Shown here: positions 50,343 through 58,874 of the stretch, one piece after another
Layout of the letters: each line of letters opens with the position of its first letter
Position numbering within the stretch: position 1 is the first letter of the stretch
Source: Candidatus Woesearchaeota archaeon
GTDB taxonomy: Archaea > Nanobdellota > Nanobdellia > Woesearchaeales > UBA12501
Assembly: GCA_046484055.1 (NCBI GenBank)
Contig: JAWOBY010000048.1
Coordinates: 4,596-68,595, forward strand
Length of the DNA: 64,000 nt
Direction of reading: 5' to 3'
Notes under the pieces: generated by a model
Told to the model about the DNA's origin: nothing
Databases searched by the model: none
The model's input: only the letters and a program-made list of their open reading frames with translations
Translations under genes and position numbers: made by a program

Positions 50343-51701
50343 TTATTTGATTCCCTGCATGCCTCCCATCCCCTGCATCTTCTTCATCATCTTATCCATG
50401 CCTTTCTCGCCTTTCATCATCTTCATCATCTTCTTGCCTGACTTGTACTGCTTCAGAAGCTCCCTAACATCAGAGGTGTTGAGGCCCGAGCCTTTGGCGA
50501 TGCGGTCAATCCTGCTGCCTGATATCTTGTCAGGCTCCTCCAGCTCCTCCTTTGTCATGGAATCCATTGCGAACTTCCATCTCTTCATCTTGTCCTCCTG
50601 CACATTGAGCATGTCCTGCGGGATGTTCATCTTGCCCATGCCTGGCACCATGTCCATGATTTTCGAAAGCGGCCCCATCTTCTTCATGGCCTGCATCTGC
50701 TCGTAAAGGTCGATGAGATTGAACTCTCCCTTGAGGAATTTCTTCCCCATATCTGCCGCTTCTTCCTCGCTCACGGCTTCCTTCGCCTTCTCGAGCAGGG
50801 CCTCGAGGTCCCCCATTCCCAGAAGCCGGCCCACAAAATTCTTTGGCCTGAACTCCTCGATGTCATCAGGTTTCTCCCCTGTGCCGATGAACTTGACCTT
50901 CGCGCCTGTGACTGCACAGGCAGCCAGCGCTCCGCCTCCTTTTGCAGTGCCGTCCAGTTTTGTTATGATGACTCCTGTGACTCCGCAGGCCTCATGGAAT
51001 TTCTCTGCCTGTGTCTGCGCTGCCTGCCCCACATCAGCGCCTATGACGAGCAGTCTCTCCTCGGGGTTCACCCTCTTGTTGAGGCTGTTCAGCTCCTCTA
51101 TCAGGTCGTCAGACAGGGCATCCCTTCCTGCAGTGTCTATCAGCACGATATCGAACTTTGAAAGCTCATGCTCATGCTTCTCATATATCTTTTCGGGGTC
51201 CTTCTCTTTCTTGTCAACGAAACAAGGCACATTCACGTCCTTTGAGACCTGCGCGAGCTGGTCAGGCGCTGCGGGCCTGTGCACATCAAGACCGAGCGTG
51301 GCTACCTTGTACCCCCTCTTGGAGTAGAACCTTGCCAGCTTACCTATCGTGGTAGTCTTTCCGTTGCCGAATAGCCCTACCATCATTATCCTGAATGGCT
51401 TTTTCTTTGAGTCAACCTCAATCTTTTCCTGCTCGCCTCCCAGGAAGCTGGAGAGCTCCTCATATACTATCTTCACCAGCCATTCCTTCTTGCTTATGGC
51501 TCCGGGAGCCTCCTCATTCATGAAGCGGTCCTTTATGCCCTTGGTAAGCTCAAATACCAGCTTGACATTCACATCGGCCTGCAGGAGGGCCTTCTGGATG
51601 TCCTTTACGAGCTCGTTCACCAGCTTTTCATCTACAAAGACCGATTTGGCCACCCTCTGGAGGGTGCCTTTCAATGTTGATCCCAGCTTTTCTAGCACCA
51701 T
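50343..51701 (-). CDS. srp54: signal recognition particle protein SRP54
   Basis: N domain, then a G domain with GLFGNGKTTT, DTAGR and TKLDG, then a Met-rich M domain (MKKMGPLSKIMDMVPGMGKM). Confidence 0.9.
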   Translation of the reverse strand: MVLEKLGSTLKGTLQRVAKSVFVDEKLVNELVKDIQKALLQADVNVKLVFELTKGIKDRFMNEEAPGAISKKEWLVKIVYEELSSFLGGEQEKIEVDSKKKPFRIMMVGLFGNGKTTTIGKLARFYSKRGYKVATLGLDVHRPAAPDQLAQVSKDVNVPCFVDKKEKDPEKIYEKHEHELSKFDIVLIDTAGRDALSDDLIEELNSLNKRVNPEERLLVIGADVGQAAQTQAEKFHEACGVTGVIITKLDGTAKGGGALAACAVTGAKVKFIGTGEKPDDIEEFRPKNFVGRLLGMGDLEALLEKAKEAVSEEEAADMGKKFLKGEFNLIDLYEQMQAMKKMGPLSKIMDMVPGMGKMNIPQDMLNVQEDKMKRWKFAMDSMTKEELEEPDKISGSRIDRIAKGSGLNTSDVRELLKQYKSGKKMMKMMKGEKGMDKMMKKMQGMGGMQGIK

Positions 51702-51875
51702 TCTGTCCCTATGTGGAGGGGTTTATAAGGGGATTTTAAGGCCCTATTCCTCCAACAGAGGTATTCAGAAGGAGTATTTATAAATGTTGCTTCCACTCCA
51801 GCAAAAGAAAGCTTTTTATAATAGTTATATCTAAATCCCTTCAATTAACAGATTTGATTATTTGGGGGAATAATA

Positions 51876-52166
51876 ATGACCAAGAGGATAGGCGGACCGA
51901 GAAGGGGCACAAGAAGCACCCTGAAGAAGAACATCAGGAACAGGGGCAAGTTCAGCATCAGGAGCTACCTGCAGGAATTTCATGCTGGTGACAGGGTGGT
52001 CCTGGCTGCAGAGCCCGCTGTACATGAAGGGCTGTATCACAGGAGGCACCATGGAAGGATGGGCACAGTGCAGAACAAGAAGGGATCATGCTATGAGGTC
52101 ATGGTGAAGGATCTCAACAAGCAGAAGACTCTCATAGTCCATCCGGTCCATCTCAAGAAACTCTGA
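51876..52166 (+). CDS. rpl21e: 50S ribosomal protein L21e
   Basis: GPRRGTRSTLKK...FHAGDRVVLAAEPAVHEGLYHRRHHGRMGTV is the L21e pattern. 96 aa. Confidence 0.9.
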   Translation: MTKRIGGPRRGTRSTLKKNIRNRGKFSIRSYLQEFHAGDRVVLAAEPAVHEGLYHRRHHGRMGTVQNKKGSCYEVMVKDLNKQKTLIVHPVHLKKL

Positions 52167-52182
52167 TTCCGGAGGTAAGAAA

Positions 52183-52527
52183 ATGAAAGTGATTTCTGAA
52201 ACACCTATAACAATGGCAGAGCTGAAGGAAGACCTCTCCAAGATAAAGGAGAGGGACGGAGAGGTCAATTTCCGGGCAAACAAGACAGATGAGTACATCA
52301 ATATGTTCTCTACACTGGACATGAAAAAGGCCGAGGAGCTAAAATCCAAGATACAGGCTCTGGAGGTCCCCAGGCTGAAGGATGAGCACATACTGAAGAT
52401 AGTGGATATTCTTCCCGGCTCAGCTGATGAGGTCAAGTCAGTGCTCCAGGGATTCACTATTACCATCAATCAGGATAACCTGAAAAAGATAGCTGATGCT
52501 GTCAGCGAATACAAAAACAATAAATGA
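52183..52527 (+). CDS. rpoF: DNA-directed RNA polymerase subunit F (Rpo4)
   Basis: ITMAELKEDLSKIKERDGEVNFRANKTDEYINMF ... ILKIVDILPGSADEVKSVL. It has the conserved position after L21e. Confidence 0.8.
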   Translation: MKVISETPITMAELKEDLSKIKERDGEVNFRANKTDEYINMFSTLDMKKAEELKSKIQALEVPRLKDEHILKIVDILPGSADEVKSVLQGFTITINQDNLKKIADAVSEYKNNK

Positions 52528-52547
52528 ATGGGTAAAATGGGGTCCTT

Positions 52548-53111
52548 ATGGCAGACGAAAAGGTTAAAGAGGAGTATGCAGTCGTGCTTGACTTCCTTCA
52601 GCATGGATATCCTTTTGACAAGAGGCCGTCCCATAAGAAGACACCCATAGTCCAGGCAGTGGGCAAGAACCATTTCACGCTTCTTGAGCTCGTCCCGAAA
52701 CAGGGAGTGTTCCTCCAGCCTTATGAGGAGGTCTACATAGGAGAGGACAAAAGGGATAAGGTCCATCACATCTCAGGCAAGCTTGAGATAAACAAGCTTA
52801 CAGCGACAGCGAACTCAGAGCTTGAGCATGTGATACATGAGATGATCACGAAGAACGAGAAAAGATTCGTGGATTTCTTCAACAATGCATCGCCCATAAC
52901 CATAAGGATGCACCAGATAGAGCTCCTGCCGGGCTTCGGGAAGAAGCACATGGTGGAGATACTTGAGGAGCGGAAAGAGAAGCCATTCGAGAGCTTTGAG
53001 GACCTCAAGAAGAGGGTCAAGCTGCTTCCGGACCCCAAGAAGGCGGTTGTGAAAAGGATACTCCAGGAGATAAAAGGCCAGGAGAAGCACAAGCTGTTTG
53101 TCGGGAGATGA
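52548..53111 (+). CDS. DUF655 family putative RNA-binding protein
   Basis: EEYAVVLDFLQHGYP ... VQAVGKNHFTLLELVPK and a C-terminal HhH-like region. It follows the conserved L21e-RpoF-DUF655 gene order. Confidence 0.8.
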   Translation: MADEKVKEEYAVVLDFLQHGYPFDKRPSHKKTPIVQAVGKNHFTLLELVPKQGVFLQPYEEVYIGEDKRDKVHHISGKLEINKLTATANSELEHVIHEMITKNEKRFVDFFNNASPITIRMHQIELLPGFGKKHMVEILEERKEKPFESFEDLKKRVKLLPDPKKAVVKRILQEIKGQEKHKLFVGR

Positions 53112-53168
53112 GCAGGGTTCTTATTAGGCAAGCTCACTTATCAGAAATAATTATTGGTGACCGGAGGT

Positions 53169-54485
53169 TCATCCCCTTATTATCCCATACCCTATGAGCC
53201 TGAACCTGTTGGATATCCTTCTTGATATGGCCACCTTGGACCCTTCCTCAGCGCAGACCGCGAGCTTGAGGCTGCAGGTGCATGAGTTCTTGCCCAGATC
53301 CGTCACCGTTCCCACTGTGGCTGCGGAGTTCACATTGAGCATGAGCAGCTCTCCTTTCTTTACGGGCTCGACATCAAGGTCATGCCTGGCTCCGACGACC
53401 CTCTCCAGGAGCTTTGTCTCGAGCTTTATGCTCTCCCATACAGGGGGCAGCTCCCCTTTGTGGCCTGCCACAGAACCCACCAACGCGTCGGATTTCACTG
53501 TGGCTGGATCAAGTGTGGTGAGGACGCCTATCGAACCGCCTGCAAGGGCCTCCTTGACATCGCCCCCTCCTGTCTTTATGGCTGTGATCCGTGTGTTGAT
53601 GGGGTGGTAAGTGACCTTATTCTCCTTCTCCAGCCTCCTGCCGGGTTTCAACTCGATCTCGTCGCCTACAGAAAGCTTCCCTCTCACTATGGCGCCGCCT
53701 ATCACCCCTCCTGTCATAGTGGTGGGGTCTGAGCCCGGCTTGTTTATATCAAAACTTCTGGCTATGAGCATCAGAGGGCTCTTGCTCTCATCCCTCTTCG
53801 GAGTGGGTATGTATTTCTCTATAGCTTCGATGAGCACGTCAATGTTCACTCCGTGCTGGGCGGATATTGGTATTACGGGCGCATCCTTGTATGCTGTTCC
53901 TGAGAGGAAATCCTTTATCTCCTTGTGGTTCTTCATGGCCTCTTCCCTGCTCACCAGGTCTATCTTGTTCTGGATCACGATGACATTCCTGACACCCATT
54001 ATCTCGAGCGCCATGAGGTGCTCTCTTGTCTGGGGCTGAGGGCATGATTCGTTCGCAGCCACCATCAGCAATGCTCCGTCTATTATGGTGGCTCCTGAGA
54101 GCATTGTCGCCATGAGGCTCTCGTGGCCCGGCGCGTCTATGAAGCTTACCTTTCTTGCAAGCTCGGTCGGAGCGCCGCAATTGGCGCACTTTGTTTCCGC
54201 TGTATAAGGGCTGCCGTCCTTGCACTTGGTGCATTTCCTGAAATCAGCATCAGCATAACCCAGCCTTATTGTGATCCCCCTCTTCATCTCCTCGCTGTGA
54301 GTGTCAGTCCATTTCCCGCTGAACCTCTCGGTGAGGGTGGTCTTTCCGTGATCCACATGGCCTATGAGGCCTATATTGACCTCCGGCTGGCCGCTGTCCC
54401 CTGCTTTTGCGGCCTTTTTACTGCCTGCCGGCTTATCCTTTTTCTTTCCGGCCTCATTTCCATCAGATTTCTTTGGCATGGGCAT
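53169..54485 (-). CDS. eif2g: translation initiation factor aIF2 gamma subunit
   Basis: NIGLIGHVDHGKTTL, DAPGHE, QNKIDL and the zinc knuckle CTKC...CANC. The ATG at 54485 is preferred because a TTTATAAA box within the longer ORF lies about 20-25 nt upstream (leaderless). There is a K-rich N-terminal tail. Confidence 0.9.
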   Translation of the reverse strand: MPMPKKSDGNEAGKKKDKPAGSKKAAKAGDSGQPEVNIGLIGHVDHGKTTLTERFSGKWTDTHSEEMKRGITIRLGYADADFRKCTKCKDGSPYTAETKCANCGAPTELARKVSFIDAPGHESLMATMLSGATIIDGALLMVAANESCPQPQTREHLMALEIMGVRNVIVIQNKIDLVSREEAMKNHKEIKDFLSGTAYKDAPVIPISAQHGVNIDVLIEAIEKYIPTPKRDESKSPLMLIARSFDINKPGSDPTTMTGGVIGGAIVRGKLSVGDEIELKPGRRLEKENKVTYHPINTRITAIKTGGGDVKEALAGGSIGVLTTLDPATVKSDALVGSVAGHKGELPPVWESIKLETKLLERVVGARHDLDVEPVKKGELLMLNVNSAATVGTVTDLGKNSCTCSLKLAVCAEEGSKVAISRRISNRFRLIGYGIIRG

Positions 54486-54631
54486 TACGGAAGGTGTGTC
54501 ATTTATAAATTTATTCGTCTGTGCTTCCCGGCCCGTCAATATTCATGCAGTTTCAGGCCCTGTGATAGAAAAACTATTTAAATGCCTGTTCTGAACAGTT
54601 TTTAAACATCTGAAAGAGAGGTAGTCCCATA

Positions 54632-56107
54632 ATGGATGATGATCTGAAGAATAGGGTGGGCATGGGTGTAGAGGAACTGATCCTTATCCTGCTTGTCATC
54701 GCTTCTGTCGCTGAATTCCTCGGTGTGCTGCCTGCTGATTTTGATTATATGAAGAAGATCCTCTCATGGGCAGCCCTCGGATACCTCCTGTACAAGGCGA
54801 ATCTCACAGAGGTATTCTTCGGATACAAGGACAAGATGATAGATCTGGGGCTCATAATAGCTTATTTCATGCTGGTCATGAAAAATCTCATATCCTACTC
54901 AAGGTTCGCTATGGGGGAGCTCTCGGAAGCAGGGAGTTCATTCCTCATACCCTTATACTCGTTCATAATCGAGAATGCATCCTCCTTTGAGATGGTTACT
55001 TTCTGCATAGGCGGAGGCATCATCCTCCTGCTCGCGGCGCTCAACATCTTCCTTAATGTAGAGATAAAGGAACCAAGCGTGATGGCAATACTGTTCAGGG
55101 AAGGGCCATCACCTTCAGCAGGCGGCAGGATACTCAGGGCGCTGGCATCTTTTGCGATATACTCCTCTTTCTTCGTGGTGGTGTTCAACCTGCTCATGGA
55201 ATGGCTTGGCTGGGCTGTGGATTCCACCATAATAGTGGTGGCGATATTTGTCTATCTTTTCCTCTTCATGAAACACTACCGGAAGTTCGACACCCAGTCC
55301 TTCCTCTTCAGGGTGGGGGATGTGTGTGAGGACCTTTATGCAAGATTCATCGACCTCTTCCATTCGAGGAGAACACTCATGATGGGTGTCAGCGGGCTTC
55401 TTGTGCTCCACCTCCTGACTGACATAGGCAATTTCATAATACCTTACATGATAGGGAAGGAGATAAATTATTTCTCCACACTGGGGGCCGGCCATAATGT
55501 GATACCCTACCTGCTTTCCATAGATATGGGCATAGCAGGCAGCGCAGCATACAAGCTGGCAGTGCTTCTTGTCTATGCGCTCAACATTGCAGCAATAATA
55601 CTCCTGCTCGCAGGGCCCGCTTTCATATGGTACGAGATGTACATGGAGAAGAGAGTGAGGATTCCGGCGCCTGTATACGGCCTCTTTTTCGCCTCTTTCT
55701 TCACATTCCTTGTTTCGCCCCTTTTCAGGCTGCAGAGGATAGGGATTGAGGGGGTTTACGGGGTTGATATCATGACCAGGACCATAAGCGTTTCAAACTC
55801 AATGATGGTGATGGCAAGCGCCCTTGTCATTGGGGTGACGATCTGGATACTGGGCTATAACCACATAATCCGGACCATGATGAGGTATATCACCCTTTTT
55901 GCAGTGGAGATATTCTTCGCTTTCTACATCTACCTTTTCTTCACGGACCTTGCGGGGTTCTACATGGATAAGATCTCCTCTGTAGAGGGATATTTCATAT
56001 TGTTCTATCTCTTCGTGTTCCTTGCCATAACATCCCTCTTCTATGTAGGGGGCATAGCCCATTTCATATACAGCACCATAAGGAGCGTGACCAAAAACTT
56101 TATATAG
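54632..56107 (+). CDS. hypothetical polytopic membrane protein
   Basis: 491-aa ORF with about 11-12 hydrophobic segments. No recognised family. Confidence 0.55.
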   Translation: MDDDLKNRVGMGVEELILILLVIASVAEFLGVLPADFDYMKKILSWAALGYLLYKANLTEVFFGYKDKMIDLGLIIAYFMLVMKNLISYSRFAMGELSEAGSSFLIPLYSFIIENASSFEMVTFCIGGGIILLLAALNIFLNVEIKEPSVMAILFREGPSPSAGGRILRALASFAIYSSFFVVVFNLLMEWLGWAVDSTIIVVAIFVYLFLFMKHYRKFDTQSFLFRVGDVCEDLYARFIDLFHSRRTLMMGVSGLLVLHLLTDIGNFIIPYMIGKEINYFSTLGAGHNVIPYLLSIDMGIAGSAAYKLAVLLVYALNIAAIILLLAGPAFIWYEMYMEKRVRIPAPVYGLFFASFFTFLVSPLFRLQRIGIEGVYGVDIMTRTISVSNSMMVMASALVIGVTIWILGYNHIIRTMMRYITLFAVEIFFAFYIYLFFTDLAGFYMDKISSVEGYFILFYLFVFLAITSLFYVGGIAHFIYSTIRSVTKNFI

Positions 56108-56145
56108 GCTTAAAGCTATTTCAGCTTCAAAAAGAAGGTGATAGA

Positions 56146-56478
56146 TTGTTCAAATTCGTCTGGGACAAGTTCAGTAAGACCACCCTGTTTGAGAAGATGC
56201 TTCTCTTTGTGGGTCTTGCGATCAGCATCCTTGGTTTCTATCTCATAAACAATATGTACCTGCAGGAGGCAAGAGTCACATGGTCGCTCATACAGGCCGC
56301 TTTCCTCTACCTGCTGCTAATCTTCATCGTCATACTCACTGACAGCAATGAGAGCATAAAGGAAGAGCTGAAGATTGTCATAAAGGAGCAGTCAGAGGAG
56401 ACGAAATACCTGAGGGAAGTCGCCAATGACCAGCTTGAGGAGATAAAACTGCTCAGGAAGCAGATGAAAAAGAAATGA
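56146..56478 (+). CDS. small membrane protein with C-terminal charged helix
   Basis: Two TM segments, then EELKIVIKEQSEETKYLREVANDQLEEIKLLRKQMKKK. Confidence 0.45.
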   Translation: MFKFVWDKFSKTTLFEKMLLFVGLAISILGFYLINNMYLQEARVTWSLIQAAFLYLLLIFIVILTDSNESIKEELKIVIKEQSEETKYLREVANDQLEEIKLLRKQMKKK

Positions 56479-56479
56479 A

Positions 56480-56947
56480 TCATTTTGTGACTGGCAACCC
56501 CTCCCCGCTCATGAATCCCTCTTTCTTTATCTCATCCACTATGTAGTAAATGTCCTTGGATTCTATGTCAAACTTCTCGTCCATCCTCTCCATAAACTCC
56601 TCGAGCTCCTTTATATGCATAAATATGCCCTCCACAAGGAAGTCGAAGTTGTTGTTTATCTTGTACACTGAATTGACACTCTCCTGCTTCGAGAGGAAGG
56701 ACTTCAGCTCATCCCTCTGCTCCTTCTTCACCTTCAGCATGAGGTTGGCCCTTGTGGTATAGCCGAGCCTGCTGAAGTCTATGATGGCTGCGTGCTTCTT
56801 TATCAGGCCGTTCTCATGCAGCTTTATCCTGTCAAACAGTGTGGAGACAGGAATGCCGGTCTCACGGCTCATTGTGGTGAGATTCTTCCTGGCGTTGCTC
56901 CTCAACTGGGTTATTATGACCATATCCCGGTCTTTCATGGCGTACAC
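56480..56947 (-). CDS. Lrp/AsnC-family transcriptional regulator
   Basis: DMVIITQLRSNARKNLTTMSRETGIPVSTLFDRIKLHENGLIKK is the HTH. The C-terminus has the RAM-like fold pattern. Confidence 0.8.
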   Translation of the reverse strand: MYAMKDRDMVIITQLRSNARKNLTTMSRETGIPVSTLFDRIKLHENGLIKKHAAIIDFSRLGYTTRANLMLKVKKEQRDELKSFLSKQESVNSVYKINNNFDFLVEGIFMHIKELEEFMERMDEKFDIESKDIYYIVDEIKKEGFMSGEGLPVTK

Positions 56948-57008
56948 CTCTTTGTGGTTTTTTTTGGTTTTTTGGGATGTTTTTTGCGTGATGGTATTGT
57001 GGTAAGGG

Positions 57009-57836
57009 TCATATATTATGGGTGTAGCCCATTGTCTTTCCTTCTTCTTCCCTGTGGTAGTCTGTTCCGCAGGTCTTTATCAATCCATACCTGTCTGCGA
57101 GATCATCAAAGTATTTTGTCTGCTCTTCAGTGTGTTTTGTGGAGCGCACCTCTATGCCTTTTAGCCCTGCTTTCATGAGATCGCCCACAAACGAATCTAT
57201 GTCACATTTTTTCATTAGCTTTCCCGGATGTGCAAGCACTGCCACCCCTCCATAAGAGTTTATGAGTGAGACCGCCTCTTCAGGTTTCATCACCCATTCA
57301 TCTGAATAAGGGATGTCATACTCTTTTGTTTCAGTAAGTTTTACCCCTTCCTTATGGCTTGTGATATAACCTTTTTCCATGAGAACCTTTATTGCGTGAT
57401 TCTTTGATGTGAAAACTCCTCTCCTAAAACTTTCGGATTCCTCTATGCTGACATCATACCCTTTTTGGTTCAATATCTCTATCTGCTGGTATGTCCTTTC
57501 TGTCCTCCCTTCCTGGGTCTTTTTGAGGTCATCCTCTATCCCTTCTATATCCTCAAGCGATTTTACGGGGAAACAACCAAGTATATGCACGCTGCTGCCG
57601 TTCCTGGCTGATATCTCAACTCCAGGGACGAGGGTGATACCTAATTTTTCGCTCTCCTGCAATGCCTCTTCAAGCCCTGAAATTGTGTCATGATCTGTTA
57701 TTGCAAGGGTCTCTACGCCCTGCTCATATGCCTTTCTCACGACTTCAGCCGGCGAATAATCACCATCAGACATGTATGTGTGCACATGCAGGTCGATTTT
57801 GCTTTCCATAATCTTTTTTTCTTTGTTTTGGGCCAT
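57009..57836 (-). CDS. PHP-domain metal-dependent phosphoesterase
   Basis: IDLHVHTYMSDGDYSP, LAITDHD, HILG, LAHPG and GTDYH. The ATG at 57836 is preferred over the maximal ORF start at 57938. Confidence 0.75.
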   Translation of the reverse strand: MAQNKEKKIMESKIDLHVHTYMSDGDYSPAEVVRKAYEQGVETLAITDHDTISGLEEALQESEKLGITLVPGVEISARNGSSVHILGCFPVKSLEDIEGIEDDLKKTQEGRTERTYQQIEILNQKGYDVSIEESESFRRGVFTSKNHAIKVLMEKGYITSHKEGVKLTETKEYDIPYSDEWVMKPEEAVSLINSYGGVAVLAHPGKLMKKCDIDSFVGDLMKAGLKGIEVRSTKHTEEQTKYFDDLADRYGLIKTCGTDYHREEEGKTMGYTHNI

Positions 57837-57965
57837 TATAATCACTTCCGCTGTTTTCGGAATAAATACTATAATGTCGAAAGATTTATATATAACTTTC
57901 TTATATTTAATATATAACAGAATATAATTATATAACAAGGCAATTTTAATATAAAAGGTGGATCA

Positions 57966-58874
57966 ATGAGGAGAAAACTCGTGAAACAGGGCAGGAATGC
58001 TTTGACTGTTACTCTGCCTACAGCATGGCTTGAGAAGAATAATCTCATGTCTGGCAGCGAAGTTTTTCTGGAGGAGAGAGATCATGGGCTTTTGGTATCA
58101 GGCAGAGAATCCGCTGGCGGTAACAAAAAAGATGTTAGCATAAAAGGAATGGACCCCATGATAAAAAGGATACTTGGAGCAATATACAAAGCAGGCTATG
58201 ATGAAGTGGATGTGACCTTCGATACAGCTAAAGAGCTTGAAACGGCGCAGGAAGTCATCAGAGAGGAGTTCATAGGTTTCGAGGTAACACAGCATGGCAA
58301 GCATACCCTTAACGTGAAGAAGGTCTCTTCTATTGATATAGAAGAATTCAATACCATGATAAGAAGGATGTTCCTCATAATCAAGTCAATGGCTGATGAC
58401 AGCTTAGATGCAATCAATAATGATGATCCAGATTTTATGAGGATGATTATACTCCGCGACAAGGATGTAAATAAAATAGCCGATTTCTGCAGGAGAGCGC
58501 TAAATACCTCGGGCCACCTTATAGAAGGCAGAACACCTCCATTGTACTTTATATCAGAGCAGCTTGAGAAGATAGGGGATAATTACCGTGACTTATGCAA
58601 GTTTATGATAAAAAAGAGGATAAAACCATCTAAAGAGGTCATGGGCTTTTTTTCAGAAGTGAACAGTTTCTTTGAGATGTTTTACGAGCTCTATTTCAAT
58701 TTCAGCCTTAAGAAGATGGCTGAGTTCGGAAAGAGAAGATATGAGCTAGTCGATGAATCAGAGAAGATGATTGGCTTCGCATCAAAAAATGAGTTGATGT
58801 TCCTTTTCTATATGAAAGAGGTAATCGAGAACACCTTCGACATGAATGGTCCTCTCATGGCTGCTAAACTATAA
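57966..58874 (+). CDS. AbrB/SpoVT-domain + PhoU-like regulator (archaeal phosphate-uptake-regulator type)
   Basis: N-terminal KLVKQGRNALTVTLPTAWLEKNNLMSGSEVFLEE is the AbrB swapped-hairpin. The C-terminus has two PhoU-like helical repeats. Confidence 0.75.
   Translation: MRRKLVKQGRNALTVTLPTAWLEKNNLMSGSEVFLEERDHGLLVSGRESAGGNKKDVSIKGMDPMIKRILGAIYKAGYDEVDVTFDTAKELETAQEVIREEFIGFEVTQHGKHTLNVKKVSSIDIEEFNTMIRRMFLIIKSMADDSLDAINNDDPDFMRMIILRDKDVNKIADFCRRALNTSGHLIEGRTPPLYFISEQLEKIGDNYRDLCKFMIKKRIKPSKEVMGFFSEVNSFFEMFYELYFNFSLKKMAEFGKRRYELVDESEKMIGFASKNELMFLFYMKEVIENTFDMNGPLMAAKL

Noticed and set aside
54486-54539. 18-codon N-terminal extension of aIF2-gamma
   Set aside because: The extension contains the TTTATAAA box that best explains a leaderless start at 54485.
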